Source of the DNA: Candidatus Rokuibacteriota bacterium
GTDB taxonomy: Bacteria > Methylomirabilota > Methylomirabilia > Rokubacteriales > CSP1-6
Assembly (NCBI GenBank): GCA_016184305.1
Contig: JACPCX010000191.1
Location: 1 to 39,341 of the forward strand
DNA length: 39,341 bases
Direction: 5' to 3'
The position numbers and the translations under genes are program-made. This document shows, piece by piece, positions 19,956 through 31,827 of this stretch. The notes beneath the pieces were generated by a model. That model did not search any database. It worked only from the letters and a program-made list of their open reading frames with translations, and was not told the DNA's origin. How positions within the stretch are numbered: the stretch's first letter is position 1; every line of letters begins with the position of its first letter.

Positions 19956-21164
19956 ATGAGAACCGTACGACTCCGCTATCTGCTGGTCGGATTCGCTGCT
20001 CTCGCGCTGGTGCTCCCTGTCACCTCGCTGACGGATGCCCAGTCCAAGGGCACCATCAAGATCGCCACGCAGAGTCCGCTCTCGGGCGGTCAGGCCGCGC
20101 TGGGCGAAGGCATCAAGCTCGCCACCCAGCTCGCCATCGAGAAGCTGAAGGGGCCCATCGAGAAGCTCGGCTTCAAGGTGGAGCTGGTCCCCTTCGACGA
20201 CCAGGCCAAGCCCGATGTCGGTGTCGCCAACGCGGCGAACATCATCGCCGACAAGGACATCCTCGTGGTGGTGGGGCACCTGAACTCGGGCGTCGCCATC
20301 CCGTCCTCCGAGAAGTACAAGGAATCCCAGCTGGCCATGGTCTCCCCCGCCAACACGAACCCGACGATCACCGACCGCAACTACCTGAACGTCAGCCGGG
20401 TCTGCGGCCGCGACGACGTCCAGGGCGTGGTGGGCGCCGAGTTCGCCAAGACCGTGCTCAAGGCCAAGACCGCGTACGTGGTCCACGACAAGACCGCCTA
20501 CGGCCAGGGCGTGGCCGAGTTCTTCAAGGCCGACGCCGAGAAGAAGGGGATCAAGATCCTGGGCTTCGAGGGCACCGAGGAAAAGTCCAACTTCGACCCG
20601 ATCATCACGCCCATGAAGGCCAAGAACCCGGATCTGATCTACTTCGGCGGCATCTACGACCAGGCGGCGCCCTTCTTCAAGCAGGCGCGCGAGAAGGGGG
20701 TCAAGGCCCAGTTCATGGGCCCCGACGGGATGGACTCCACGGATCTCGTCAAGATCGGCGGCAAAGCGGTCGTGGGCATGCACTACTCGACGGTCGCGGG
20801 TCCCGTCGAGAAGTACCCTGCCGCGAAGGCCTTCAAGGCAGAGTACAAGGAGAAGTTCAAGAAGGACCCGGAGCCCTTCGCGGCCCAGGCCTATGACTCG
20901 GCAGCCATCGGGATGAAGGCCATCGAGGCCGCCATCAAGGCCAATGGCGGGAAGGTGCCGAGCCGCGAGCAGGTCTCCGTCGCCGTGCGGAAGACGAAGC
21001 ACACGGGGATCACGGGAACGATCGAGTTCGACGAGAAGGGCGATCCGAAGAAGGCCCTCTACTTCGTGCTCCAGGTGGCCTCCGACGACCCGGCCAAGTG
21101 GGGCGACAACAAGGAAAAGAAGAAGCTCGAGATCGCCGCACCGCCGCTCAAGAAGAAGTTGTAA
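19956..21164 (+). CDS. Branched-chain amino acid ABC transporter substrate-binding protein (LivK/LivJ family)
   Basis: Signal peptide, 'IKIATQSPLSG', 'DDQAKP', 'VVGHLNSG', 'GRDDVQG', 'YGQGVA'. Confidence 0.92.
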   Translation: MRTVRLRYLLVGFAALALVLPVTSLTDAQSKGTIKIATQSPLSGGQAALGEGIKLATQLAIEKLKGPIEKLGFKVELVPFDDQAKPDVGVANAANIIADKDILVVVGHLNSGVAIPSSEKYKESQLAMVSPANTNPTITDRNYLNVSRVCGRDDVQGVVGAEFAKTVLKAKTAYVVHDKTAYGQGVAEFFKADAEKKGIKILGFEGTEEKSNFDPIITPMKAKNPDLIYFGGIYDQAAPFFKQAREKGVKAQFMGPDGMDSTDLVKIGGKAVVGMHYSTVAGPVEKYPAAKAFKAEYKEKFKKDPEPFAAQAYDSAAIGMKAIEAAIKANGGKVPSREQVSVAVRKTKHTGITGTIEFDEKGDPKKALYFVLQVASDDPAKWGDNKEKKKLEIAAPPLKKKL

Positions 21165-21181
21165 CTCCCTGCATGAACCGG

Positions 21182-21218
21182 CAAAGGGGAGGGGCCCGGT
21201 AGCGGCTCCTCCCCTTTG
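21182..21218 (+). terminator. Intercistronic stem-loop after the binding-protein gene
   Basis: CAAAGGGGAGGGGCC-loop-GGCTCCTCCCCTTTG followed by T-rich bases. Confidence 0.7.
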
Positions 21219-21235
21219 TGCTGTTTCGAGGCCCC

Positions 21236-22203
21236 ATGGACTTTCCGCTCCTGATCGGGATCTTCCCCCAGGTCCTCCTCGACGGACTCGTCCTGGGCTT
21301 CATGTACGCGCTCATCGCCCTCGGGTACACCATGGTGTACGGGGTGCTGGAGTTCATCAACTTCGCCCACTCGGAGATCTTCGTGGTGGGCGCCTTCGTG
21401 GGTGTCGAGATCCTCCTCACGCTCCAGGCCGCCGGGCTGCTGGAGATCTTCTCGCCGTTCCTCGTGCTGCTCGTGGTGCTGCTGCTCGGCATGCTCGCCA
21501 GCGGCCTCCTGGCCGTGGCGGTGGAGCGCGTCGCCTACCGGCCGCTCCGCGGCGCGCCGCGGCTCATCCCGCTGATCTCGGCCATCGGCGTGTCCTTCTT
21601 CCTCCAGGACGCCGTGAGGCTCGTCGAGAGCATCTGGCGGAACGCCTTCAACCTCGTCTACCCGACGATGGACACGCTCAACATCCGGTACAGCTTCACC
21701 GAGACCATCGATGTCTCGGTGAAGTCCCTCGTGGTCATCGTGGCCTCGCTCCTCATGCTGTGGGGGCTCCACGCCCTGGTCAACCGCACCAAGATCGGCA
21801 AGGCCATCCGCGCCGTGGCCGAGGACCAGGCGACGGCCAGCCTCATGGGGATCAATGTCAACCGGATGATCTCCCTGACCTTCCTCATCGGCGGCGCCAT
21901 GGGCGGGGCGGCGGGCGTGCTCTTCGGCGTCCAGTACAGCCTGGTCAACCCGTACACGGGCTTCATCCCCGGCCTGAAGGCCTTCACCGCCGCGGTGCTC
22001 GGCGGCATCGGCAATATTCCCGGGGCCATGCTGGGCGGGCTCGTCCTCGGGCTCCTGGAGGCGTTCGCGGCCTCGTACCTGTCGCTCCTCACGGGCGGGG
22101 CCTTCGGCGCCGAGTACAAGGACATCTTCGCCTTCTCCATCCTCATCCTGATCCTCATCTTCCGGCCCAAGGGTCTCCTGGGCGAGGTCGTCAGGGAGCG
22201 CGC

Positions 22204-22207
<4 letters not shown>
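21236..22207 (+). CDS. livH: Branched-chain amino acid ABC permease
   Basis: YALIALGYTMVYG..INFAH, GKAIRAVAED, KAFTAAVLGGIG, RPKGLLG. Confidence 0.93.
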
Positions 22208-23437
<1,230 letters not shown>

Positions 23438-23438
23438 C

Positions 23439-24228
23439 ATGGCGGTCATCCTCGAGGCCAGGGGCGTCACGAAGCGGTTCGGCGGGCTCACCGCGCTCGA
23501 CTCGCTGGACTTCGAGCTCGAGGAGGGCCACATCGCCTCGATCATCGGGCCCAACGGCGCCGGCAAGACCACCTTCTTCAACGTCTTCACGGGGATCTAC
23601 GTTCCTGAGGAAGGGACGGTGACCCTCCGGGGTGTTCCCATCCTCGGCCGCCGTCCCGACCAGATCACCGCGCTCGGCATCTGCCGCACCTTCCAGAACA
23701 TCCGGCTCTTCGCCAACATGACCGTGGCCGAGAACGTGCTGGTGGGCATGCACAGCCAGGTGCCGCTGACGCTGTGGGACGTGCTGGCGCGAAGCGGCCG
23801 CTGGAAGCGCGAGGAGAACGAGCTCTGGCAGCGAGCGGGCGGGCTGCTGAGCCTGGTGGGGCTCCGGGACAAGGCCAACGAGCTGGCGCGCAACATGCCC
23901 TACGGCGACCAGCGCCGCCTCGAGATCGGCCGCGCGCTGGCCTCGCGGCCGGCCGTGCTCCTGCTCGACGAGCCCACCGCGGGCATGACCCAGGGCGAGG
24001 CCCGCACCCTCATGGACCTCCTTCGCCGCCTGATCCGCGAACTCTCCCTCACGATCCTGCTCATCGAGCACAACATGCGCGTGGTCATGGAGGTCTCGGA
24101 CCGCGTCACCGTGCTGGACTACGGGCAGAAGATCGCGGAGGGCCAGGCTGCCGATGTCCAGAAGAACCCGCGCGTGGTGGAGGCCTACCTGGGCAGGAAG
24201 AAGCCGGGGCTCCCCGCGGGGGGCGTCC

Positions 24229-24236
<8 letters not shown>
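23439..24236 (+). CDS. livG: ABC ATP-binding protein
   Basis: GPNGAGKTT, RTFQNIRLF, LLLDEPTAG, IEHNM, VVEAYLG. Confidence 0.93.
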
Positions 24237-24948
<712 letters not shown>

Positions 24949-24961
24949 GGAGATCGCAGAC

Positions 24962-25423
24962 ATGATCACGCAGGGACTCAGCTTCGAGGAGCACACGGTC
25001 GGCGCCACCTACCGGACGCAGGCGCGCACGGTGTCGGAGGCCGACATCTGCGCCTTCGTCAACCTGTGCGGCTTCACCGAGCCGCTCTTCTACGACATGG
25101 AGTACGTGGCGCGGGAGTCGGTGTTCAAGGGTCGCCCGGCCCCCGGCGCCCTCACCTTCGCCTTGTCGGAGGGGCTCATCATCCAGACCGGCCTGATCCA
25201 CGGCACGGGCATGGCATACCTCGGCGGGGAAATCCGGATCGTCGGGCCCGTGCTGGCTGGCGACACCCTCAGCGTCTCCGTCACGGTGGCGGACAAGCGG
25301 GAGACGAAGAGGACCGACCGCGGCATCGTCACCTACAGGCACCAGGTCACGAATCAGCGCGGCGAGGTGGTCCTGGACGCCGTGGTCAAACGGATGATCA
25401 GGCGGACCGACGCCCGGGGCTGA
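24962..25423 (+). CDS. MaoC-like (hotdog-fold) dehydratase
   Basis: 'ARTVSEADICAFVNLCG..EPLF.D.EY', 'GPVLAGDTL', 'NQRGEVV'. Confidence 0.85.
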   Translation: MITQGLSFEEHTVGATYRTQARTVSEADICAFVNLCGFTEPLFYDMEYVARESVFKGRPAPGALTFALSEGLIIQTGLIHGTGMAYLGGEIRIVGPVLAGDTLSVSVTVADKRETKRTDRGIVTYRHQVTNQRGEVVLDAVVKRMIRRTDARG

Positions 25424-26397
25424 TGCTCGTCCTCTCCCGCAGCGACCTGGAGCCACTCCTCTCCCCTGCCGACGTGATCCGGGCTGTCGAGGGCGCGTTC
25501 CGCGAGCACGCCGCCGGCCGGGTCCAGACGCTGCCCCGGGCGATCCTGCCGATGGCGCGGGGCGCGGTCTTCCTCTCCATGGCGTCGGCCGTCCCGCGCC
25601 GGCGCGCGCTCGGCACCAAGCTGGTGACCGTGGTGCCGCAGAACCGGCGGCGGGGGCTCCCGACCATCCACGCCTCCTATCTCCTCACCGATCCCACGAG
25701 CGGGGCGCCGCTCTGCCTGATGGAGGCGGCCTTCCTCACCGCGATCCGCACGGGCGCCACCTCGGCGCTGGCCGCGCGGCTGCTCTCCCGCCGCGACGTC
25801 TCCACGGTCGCCTGCTTCGGCGCGGGCGTCCAGGCGGCCTTGCAGCTGCGCTGTCTCCAGGTCGTGCGGCCCTTCGAGCATGTCCTGGTCGTCGGGCGCA
25901 GGCCGGAGCGGGCCCGCATCTTCGCCGAGCGCATGCGGGAGACGCTGGACGTCGACGTCCAGGTCTCCTGGGATCGACAGGCCGCCGTGGCCGGCGCCGA
26001 CCTGATCACCTGCGCCACCACGTCGGCGACGCCCGTCTTCAGCGGGCGCGACGTGCGACCGGGCACGCATGTGGACGCCGTCGGCGCCTTCAGGCCGACG
26101 AGCCGGGAGGTGGACACGACGCTGGTCACGCGGGCGCGCATCGTGGTGGACACCTACGAGGGGGCGTGGGAGGAGGCGGGCGACATCCTCATCCCGCTGC
26201 GCGCGCGGGCCATCTCACGGCGGCACATCCGGGCGGAGCTCGCCGAGGTGGTGTCGGGCCGGCGGCGCGGACGCACCTCCCCCGAAGACATCACGCTCTT
26301 CAAGTCCGTGGGCTGGGCCGCCGAGGATGCGACGACGGCACGGCTCGCCTATGATCGGGCCGTGGCAGCGCATGTCGGCACGGAGGTGCGGCTCTGA
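25423..26397 (+). CDS. Ornithine cyclodeaminase/mu-crystallin family protein
   Basis: 'KLVTVVPQN..RGLPT', 'LTAIRTGATSA', GAGVQA, 'EAGD', 'ITLFKSVG.A.ED'; TGATG coupling to the MaoC-like gene. Confidence 0.92.
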   Translation: MLVLSRSDLEPLLSPADVIRAVEGAFREHAAGRVQTLPRAILPMARGAVFLSMASAVPRRRALGTKLVTVVPQNRRRGLPTIHASYLLTDPTSGAPLCLMEAAFLTAIRTGATSALAARLLSRRDVSTVACFGAGVQAALQLRCLQVVRPFEHVLVVGRRPERARIFAERMRETLDVDVQVSWDRQAAVAGADLITCATTSATPVFSGRDVRPGTHVDAVGAFRPTSREVDTTLVTRARIVVDTYEGAWEEAGDILIPLRARAISRRHIRAELAEVVSGRRRGRTSPEDITLFKSVGWAAEDATTARLAYDRAVAAHVGTEVRL

Positions 26398-26476
26398 GCC
26401 GGACCGGGCGGATCGCGCAGATCGGCGTCTCCCCGGGCGGCGTCCCCACCCTGCCGGTGGAAGGGGAGGCCGAGAG

Positions 26477-27649
26477 ATGACGCGCCCGGCCGACGCCATC
26501 ATCATCGGAGGCGGCGTCACCGGCGTCTCCACCGCCTTCCACCTGGCCGGCCGCGGCCTGCGCCGCGTCCTGGTGCTCGAGCGCAAGTTCCTGGCCGCCG
26601 GCGGCACCGGGCGCTCGGTGGGCATCGTCCGTCAGCTCTACCCCACGCGCGAGACCACCCTGATGGTCATGCGCTCGCTCGCGGTGTTCCAGGATTTCCG
26701 CGAGCAGGTCGCCGGGGACTCGGGCTACGTGCAGTGCGGAGCGCTGATCGGCGTCTCTCCCGCCATGCGCCCGACGCTCGAGAAGACGCTCGCGCTCCAG
26801 AAAACGCTGGGCGTCACGGCCGAGATCCTCAAGCCCGAGGATCTCCCGCGGCTCGAGGCCCGGATCGATCCCTCCGGCCTCGGGGCAATCCTGTACGAGC
26901 CCGCCTCGGGCTATGGCGATCCGTCCGCCGTCACCGCCGGGTTCGCCGAGGCCGCGAGGCGGCGCTCCGTCACCATCGAGCAGGGCGTCGAGGTGGTCGC
27001 GATTCACCGGCTCGGCGATCGCGTGACCGGCGTGTTGACCTCATCGGGCGAGCGCATCGACGCCCCCGTGGTCGTCAACGCCGCGGGGCTCTGGGCGCCA
27101 GGGGTGGCCCGGCTCGCCGGGCTCGAGCTGCCCATCGTGGTCGGGCGACACGCGGTCTTCATCGTCCAGCGCGACCCCGCGTTCGGCCCGGCGCATGCGG
27201 TGTACCTCGATCTGGCGGGCGGCAGCTATGTCCGACCGGAGACCGGCGCGCTCACGCTCACCGGCTCGCTCACCGACGACGAGACACAGCACCCCATGGA
27301 CCCGGACCTCCTGGGGGCCGAGGTCGGCTTCGACGAGGCGAGCGAGGCGCTGGCGCGCACGGCCCGCGCCATTCCGCGGCTTGCGGACTCGCGCTGGAGG
27401 CGCGGCTACGCGGGCGCCTTCGACATCACGCCGGACTGGATGCCGATCCTCGACGAGTCTCCCGTGTCGGGCTTCTTCATCGCCGCCGGGATGTCGGGCC
27501 ACGGCTTCAAGCTCGCGCCTGCCGTGGGCGAGATGATGGCGGCGCTGATCACGGGCGGCCTTCCCCCGGTGAGCCTGGCCCCCTTCCGGCTCGGGCGCTT
27601 CGTCTCGCGCGAGGCCACAGGGACCTTCGTGTCCTCGTACCTCTCGTGA
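26477..27649 (+). CDS. FAD-dependent oxidoreductase (DAO/sarcosine oxidase beta family)
   Basis: IIGGGVTG Rossmann motif, 'VVNAAGLWA', 'TPDWMPIL', 'GMSGHGFKLAPAVG'. Confidence 0.9.
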   Translation: MTRPADAIIIGGGVTGVSTAFHLAGRGLRRVLVLERKFLAAGGTGRSVGIVRQLYPTRETTLMVMRSLAVFQDFREQVAGDSGYVQCGALIGVSPAMRPTLEKTLALQKTLGVTAEILKPEDLPRLEARIDPSGLGAILYEPASGYGDPSAVTAGFAEAARRRSVTIEQGVEVVAIHRLGDRVTGVLTSSGERIDAPVVVNAAGLWAPGVARLAGLELPIVVGRHAVFIVQRDPAFGPAHAVYLDLAGGSYVRPETGALTLTGSLTDDETQHPMDPDLLGAEVGFDEASEALARTARAIPRLADSRWRRGYAGAFDITPDWMPILDESPVSGFFIAAGMSGHGFKLAPAVGEMMAALITGGLPPVSLAPFRLGRFVSREATGTFVSSYLS

Positions 27650-29418
27650 CGGCCGATCCCTCCGAGACCGGCCCGACGCCGGTCACGGGCGTGGTGAGTC
27701 CCAGAGCCCGCTCGGCGCTCATCGGGATGGCCGGCGCGCTCTCGGTGACCGCGGTCTGGGTCGGGAGCCTCGCGTCCGGGCCCTACCAGATCACCTATGG
27801 CCGGCACGGGTGGGGCCAGGCCGAGATGGTCTTCCTGCTGCACTACGTCCTCTTCGGCCTCCCGGGGATCCTGCTCGTCACGGCCGGCCTGACGGGGGCC
27901 GCGCGGGGCCGCCTCGTGGCCCTGTTCGAGCGGCTCCCGCGCCTCTCCGTCGCCGACGGGCGCGCGCTGGCTCTCGGGGCGACCGCGCTCGTCTTCCTCG
28001 CAGTGACGGGGACGCGCGTGGGCCTCCTCCGGGACACGGCGGTCACCGACGACGAGAACGTGTATGCCTTCATGGCCACGGTCTTGGCGTCCGGCCGTCT
28101 CTTCGTGCCGTCGCTCCCCGAGGCGATCCGTCCCTTCTTCGACAACCAGTTCATGATCAACAACGGCAAGTGGTACGGCATCTACTTCCCCGGCTACCCG
28201 GCCGTGCTCGCCGCCGGGGAATGGCTCCACGTGACCCGGTGGGTGCCCACCGTGGCAGCGGCGCTCACGGTCCCGATCGCCTTCTCCGCGACACGGCGGG
28301 TCTTCGGCCAGCGCGCGGCCGTGCTCGTCCTGCCCCTGATGCTCCTCTCCCCCTTCTTCGTGTTCTCCTCGGCGACCTTCCTGGCCCACTCGACAGTGGG
28401 GCTGCTCTTCATGGCCTTCGTGTACGCCGCCCTCCGCGTGTCGGAGCGGCCCGGGGCCGCCGGCTGGTGGCTCGCGGCCGGCGTGGCGCTCGGGTGGGCC
28501 GGCCTCACCCGCCCACTGTCGGCCGCGGCCTTCGCCGCGCCCTGGGTCGGCTGGCTCGGCTGGCGGCTCTGGAAGGACCGCGCGCGCCAGGCCCGCCGAG
28601 GCGCGGTCCTCTTCTGCCTGGTCGGCGCCGCAACGCTGGCCACCTTCTTCGCCTACAACAGCGCGCTGTCAGGCTCTCCGCTCACCACGGGCTATCACAC
28701 CTTCGGCCGCATCAATGGATTCAGCTTCACGCTGGGCGCGCTGCCGGCGCCGGGGCCGCTGCCGAGCCTGCACGAGCTGTCGTACACGCTGGGCCGGCTC
28801 AACTTCTGGCTCCTCGGGTGGCCCCTCTCACTGATCTTCCTCCCGTTCTTCCGGCGCTCCACCGCCGGCATGCTGCTCTTCCTCGGCACAGCAGCGGTGC
28901 TGGTCGCCTATGCCGCCAGCACCGTGCCCAGCATCAACGTGGTGGGCCCGGTCCACTACGCTGACATCGTGGTGCCTCTGCTGGTCCTCTCGGCGAGCGG
29001 GATCGAGGGGCTGGTGGAGCGGGTCAGCGCCTGGGGTATCCCGTCGCTGACGCCGGGCCACGTCCTCGCGGCCTCCGTGACGGCCATGCTCTGCGCGGCC
29101 GTCACGTTCCTGCCCGTGTACGGCTCATCGCTCCGGGCCATGTCGGCGCTGGCGCGCGCACCGTATGACCTCGTGGAAGAGCGCGGCCTCGACAATGCGG
29201 TGGTCTTCGTCCACAGTCTTCCCGCCCTGCACGTGCATCCGGGCGCCTGGGTCTACTCCCACCGCAACAACTCGCCCGACCTCTCCGACCGCGTGCTCTT
29301 CGTCAGATACCTGGGCCCGGAGAGGAACACGGAGCTCATGCGGTACCTGCCGAATCGCGCGCCGTACGCCATGGGCATGCGCGGCACCGAGCTTGTGCTG
29401 CGCCCCATCGAGCCATGA
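27646..29418 (+). CDS. GT-C fold (ArnT/PMT-like) membrane glycosyltransferase
   Basis: Multi-TM protein; 'TDDENVY.F.A..LA.GRL', 'GKWYGIYFPGYP', 'TFLAHS', 'TRP'; soluble C-terminal region (NAVVFV...NSPDL). Confidence 0.7.
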   Translation: MTADPSETGPTPVTGVVSPRARSALIGMAGALSVTAVWVGSLASGPYQITYGRHGWGQAEMVFLLHYVLFGLPGILLVTAGLTGAARGRLVALFERLPRLSVADGRALALGATALVFLAVTGTRVGLLRDTAVTDDENVYAFMATVLASGRLFVPSLPEAIRPFFDNQFMINNGKWYGIYFPGYPAVLAAGEWLHVTRWVPTVAAALTVPIAFSATRRVFGQRAAVLVLPLMLLSPFFVFSSATFLAHSTVGLLFMAFVYAALRVSERPGAAGWWLAAGVALGWAGLTRPLSAAAFAAPWVGWLGWRLWKDRARQARRGAVLFCLVGAATLATFFAYNSALSGSPLTTGYHTFGRINGFSFTLGALPAPGPLPSLHELSYTLGRLNFWLLGWPLSLIFLPFFRRSTAGMLLFLGTAAVLVAYAASTVPSINVVGPVHYADIVVPLLVLSASGIEGLVERVSAWGIPSLTPGHVLAASVTAMLCAAVTFLPVYGSSLRAMSALARAPYDLVEERGLDNAVVFVHSLPALHVHPGAWVYSHRNNSPDLSDRVLFVRYLGPERNTELMRYLPNRAPYAMGMRGTELVLRPIEP

Positions 29419-29560
29419 GCCCATCCTTCGTCTTCTCCCGCCGGCCGCCGGGCTGGACTGACCCCGGGATCGTCCGGGATGAGGGTGTCTGCCCTCATCA
29501 CCGCGGAGCAGATCGACGCGGCGGTGGCCACGCTCGGCGAGGCCATCAACGCCGCCTCTC
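29415..29560 (+). pseudogene. Collapsed class-III aminotransferase remnant (N- and C-terminal stubs joined)
   Basis: MSPSFVFSR...PGIVRDEGV resembles the 'P.ivrgeG' N-terminus and is followed at once, out of frame, by LITAEQIDAAVATLGEAINAA, resembling the C-terminal helix. Confidence 0.5.
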
Positions 29561-30176
29561 CTCGATCGTGGTGGACCTGTCGGCGGGGAACCTCTACCTG
29601 GGCCTCTTCCTGACCATGATCGCCTCGCTCATCCTGGGCATGGGCGTGCCCACCACGCCCACCTACATCATCATGGCGACGCTTACGGCGCCCGCCCTGG
29701 TGGCGGTGGGCCGGGCGAACGAGATGGAGATCCCGATCATCGCCGTCCACCTCTTCGTCTTCTACTTCGGGATCCTGGCCGACGACACGCCGCCCGTGGG
29801 CCTCGCCGCCTAGGCCGCCGCCGGGATCGCCCGCTCCGACCCGATCAAGACCGGCTGGCGCGCCTTCTCGCTGGACATGCGGACGTTCCTGCTGCCCTAC
29901 ATGTTCATCACGGCGCCGGCCATGCTGCTGATCAACACCACGGTCCTCGAGGCGGCGTGGATCTTCGTGACCGCCTCCGTGGGCATGTACGGCCTGGCCG
30001 CGGCCATGCAGGGCTACCTGATCACCGAGGCCCGCTGGTGGGAACGCGTGGTGCTCTTCGTCTGCGCCATCGGTCTCGTGCACCCGGGCCTCTCTACCGA
30101 TGTGGCGGGCGCCGCCGGCTTCGCCGTCGTGTACGCGGCCCAGCGCCGGCGGGCCCCTGGGGCGCCGCTGCTGTAG
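29556..30176 (+). pseudogene. C-terminal fragment of a TRAP 4TM/12TM fused permease with an internal stop
   Basis: ILGMGVPTTPTYII, HLFVFYFGILADDTPPVGLAA*AAAGIARSDP.KTG; TAG at 29811-29813 where Tyr/Phe is usual; no N-terminal part. Confidence 0.85.
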
Positions 30177-30217
30177 CGCGCGGTGGAGAACGGCGGGTGT
30201 GCTGGCTGCGCGCCCGC

Positions 30218-30659
30218 TCAGCGCCCCAGGAAGTGCGGCTTGCGCTTCTCGGCGAACGCCTTCGGCCCCTCCACCGCGTCCAGAGTGCCGCGCAGCGAGG
30301 CCGACAGCATGTCCTCGACCCGCAGCCCCTCCGCCAGCGGCAGGCTGAGCCCGCGCAGGATCGCCTCCTTGGCGGCCCTGAGCGCGAGCGGGCCGCGCTC
30401 GCAGAGCGTCTGCGCCCACGCCAGCGCCGCCGGCATCACCTGGGAAGGCTCCACCACCTTGGTGACGAGGCCGATGCGGAGCGCCTCCTGGGCGTCGATC
30501 GGCTCGGCCAGCAGGGACAGCTCCATCGCCTTCGCAAGCGGGACGGCTCGCGGCAGCCGCTGCGTCCCCCCGCCCCCGGGGATGATCGCCCAGCGCACCT
30601 CGGTGAGCGCGAAGCGCGAGGTCGTGGACGCCACGCGGAGGTCGCAGGCGGGCAATTGA
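30218..30659 (-). pseudogene. Enoyl-CoA hydratase/isomerase C-terminal fragment
   Basis: ACDLRVA...FALTEV..AIIPGGGGTQRLPR, AQEALRIGLV, AFAEKRKP; the N-terminal third or more is absent. Confidence 0.8.
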
Positions 30660-30744
30660 TGCCACCACGTCAAGCGAGAGGCCAGCCGGCTTCATCCCAT
30701 CTATCCTCGCAGCACCCTCGGCCGCTCGTTCATGGTCTTGTCGC

Positions 30745-30878
30745 TGGCCGGCCGTGTAGTCGGGCACGGCATCCGCCCGCGGCGCCGAGACCGCGATGAA
30801 CTTGGTCGTTGGCTCGATGCTCACCCACCTGGCCTTGCTCTCGTCGACCCCGTTGATCGTGGCGAGGGCGGGAAAGCC
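30745..30878 (-). pseudogene. Internal fragment of an NMT1/THI5-like ABC substrate-binding protein
   Basis: Minus strand reads GFPALATINGVDESKARWVSIEPTTKFIAVSAPRADAVPDY. Confidence 0.45.
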
Positions 30879-30957
30879 CTAGGGTGCTCTCCCGCTGGTT
30901 CAGGTGCGGGATCGCCGGCCCACTCATGCTACGATCCCACCGGGGAGGTGATGCTGC

Positions 30958-31170
30958 ATGACTGCCCGTGACGCGACCGCCGAGGTGTTCTGGACGGCCT
31001 TTCGCACCTTGCCTCGCGCATCTCGCGAGGCCGTGCTCGGCCGACTGCTCCGGGACCGCCGCACCCGCGAGGACCTCCTCGACGGCGCGGTGTCTCTCGC
31101 GAGGGCCACCGAGAAGAGCATCCCGTACGAGAAGGTGCGCGTGCATCTGAGGAAGACCGGGCGGCTGTGA
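30958..31170 (+). CDS. Putative antitoxin
   Basis: 70 aa with GGAGG RBS; 'REDLLD...A..EKSIPYEKV' tail typical of RelE/ParE partners; GTGA overlap with the toxin. Confidence 0.7.
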   Translation: MTARDATAEVFWTAFRTLPRASREAVLGRLLRDRRTREDLLDGAVSLARATEKSIPYEKVRVHLRKTGRL

Positions 31171-31424
31171 CCTACGCCGTCCTCATCAAGCCCTCGGCCA
31201 GGCGTGAGCTCGAAGCCCTTCCCGACCAACTTCTCCGGCGTACCGACCGTGTCATCACCTCCCTGGGCGCTGATCCCCGCCCTCGGGGCTCCATCAAGCT
31301 TCGCGGGATGGCCGACCTGTTCCGGGTGCGGGTCGGTGACTACCGCGTCGTCTACCGGGTCGACGACGTGGCGCGAGTCGTGGAAGTGACGAGGATCGGC
31401 CACCGGCGGGACGTGTATCGCTGA
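31167..31424 (+). CDS. RelE/ParE family toxin
   Basis: 'SARRELEAL', 'L..DPRP.G..KL.G', 'RVRVGDYRVVY', 'IGHRRDVYR'. Confidence 0.92.
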   Translation: MTYAVLIKPSARRELEALPDQLLRRTDRVITSLGADPRPRGSIKLRGMADLFRVRVGDYRVVYRVDDVARVVEVTRIGHRRDVYR

Positions 31425-31431
31425 GATTGTG

Positions 31432-31722
31432 ATGCGCATCTCGCCGATGCGCCGGCATCGTGCTGCCCTTCGAGCGCCCCGGGCACATGGGGGGGACGTC
31501 CGCGACGCGCTGGTGGGCCTCGGGAACGAGGTCCGGACTTTCGCCCACCGGCGCGACAACCCGCTCTGGATGATCCCCTTCGAGTGCATCGCGGCCGACG
31601 CCGTCTTCTTCACCAAAGAGCGCTACGCGTTGCGGGCCCTCGAGGCCGTGGGCCTCGAGAACCTCCACTCCCTGCTGCGCGATCGGCTCCTGGGGCGGCC
31701 GGCGTCCGAGTCGGGGAGGTGA
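31432..31722 (+). pseudogene. Short ORF, possibly an internally deleted CgeB-like glycosyltransferase remnant
   Basis: 'DVRDALVGLGNEVRTF' resembles a GT-B N-terminal helix-strand; 'DNP.W......ADAVFFTKER' resembles CgeB-type segments; far too short for an intact enzyme. Confidence 0.35.
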
Positions 31723-31827
31723 CGTCACGGTGACGGGGACCACGGACGGGGCGGCCGCCGCCGGAGGGCGTTCATGTGGGCTATCCTCTGAGGAAGTCCG
31801 TGATCGGCCCGTCCCGCCGGGCCGAGG

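Noticed and set aside
29811..29813. In-frame TAG as pyrrolysine or programmed readthrough
   Set aside because: The gene also lacks its N-terminal part and sits among other fragments, so a Tyr-codon nonsense mutation is simpler.
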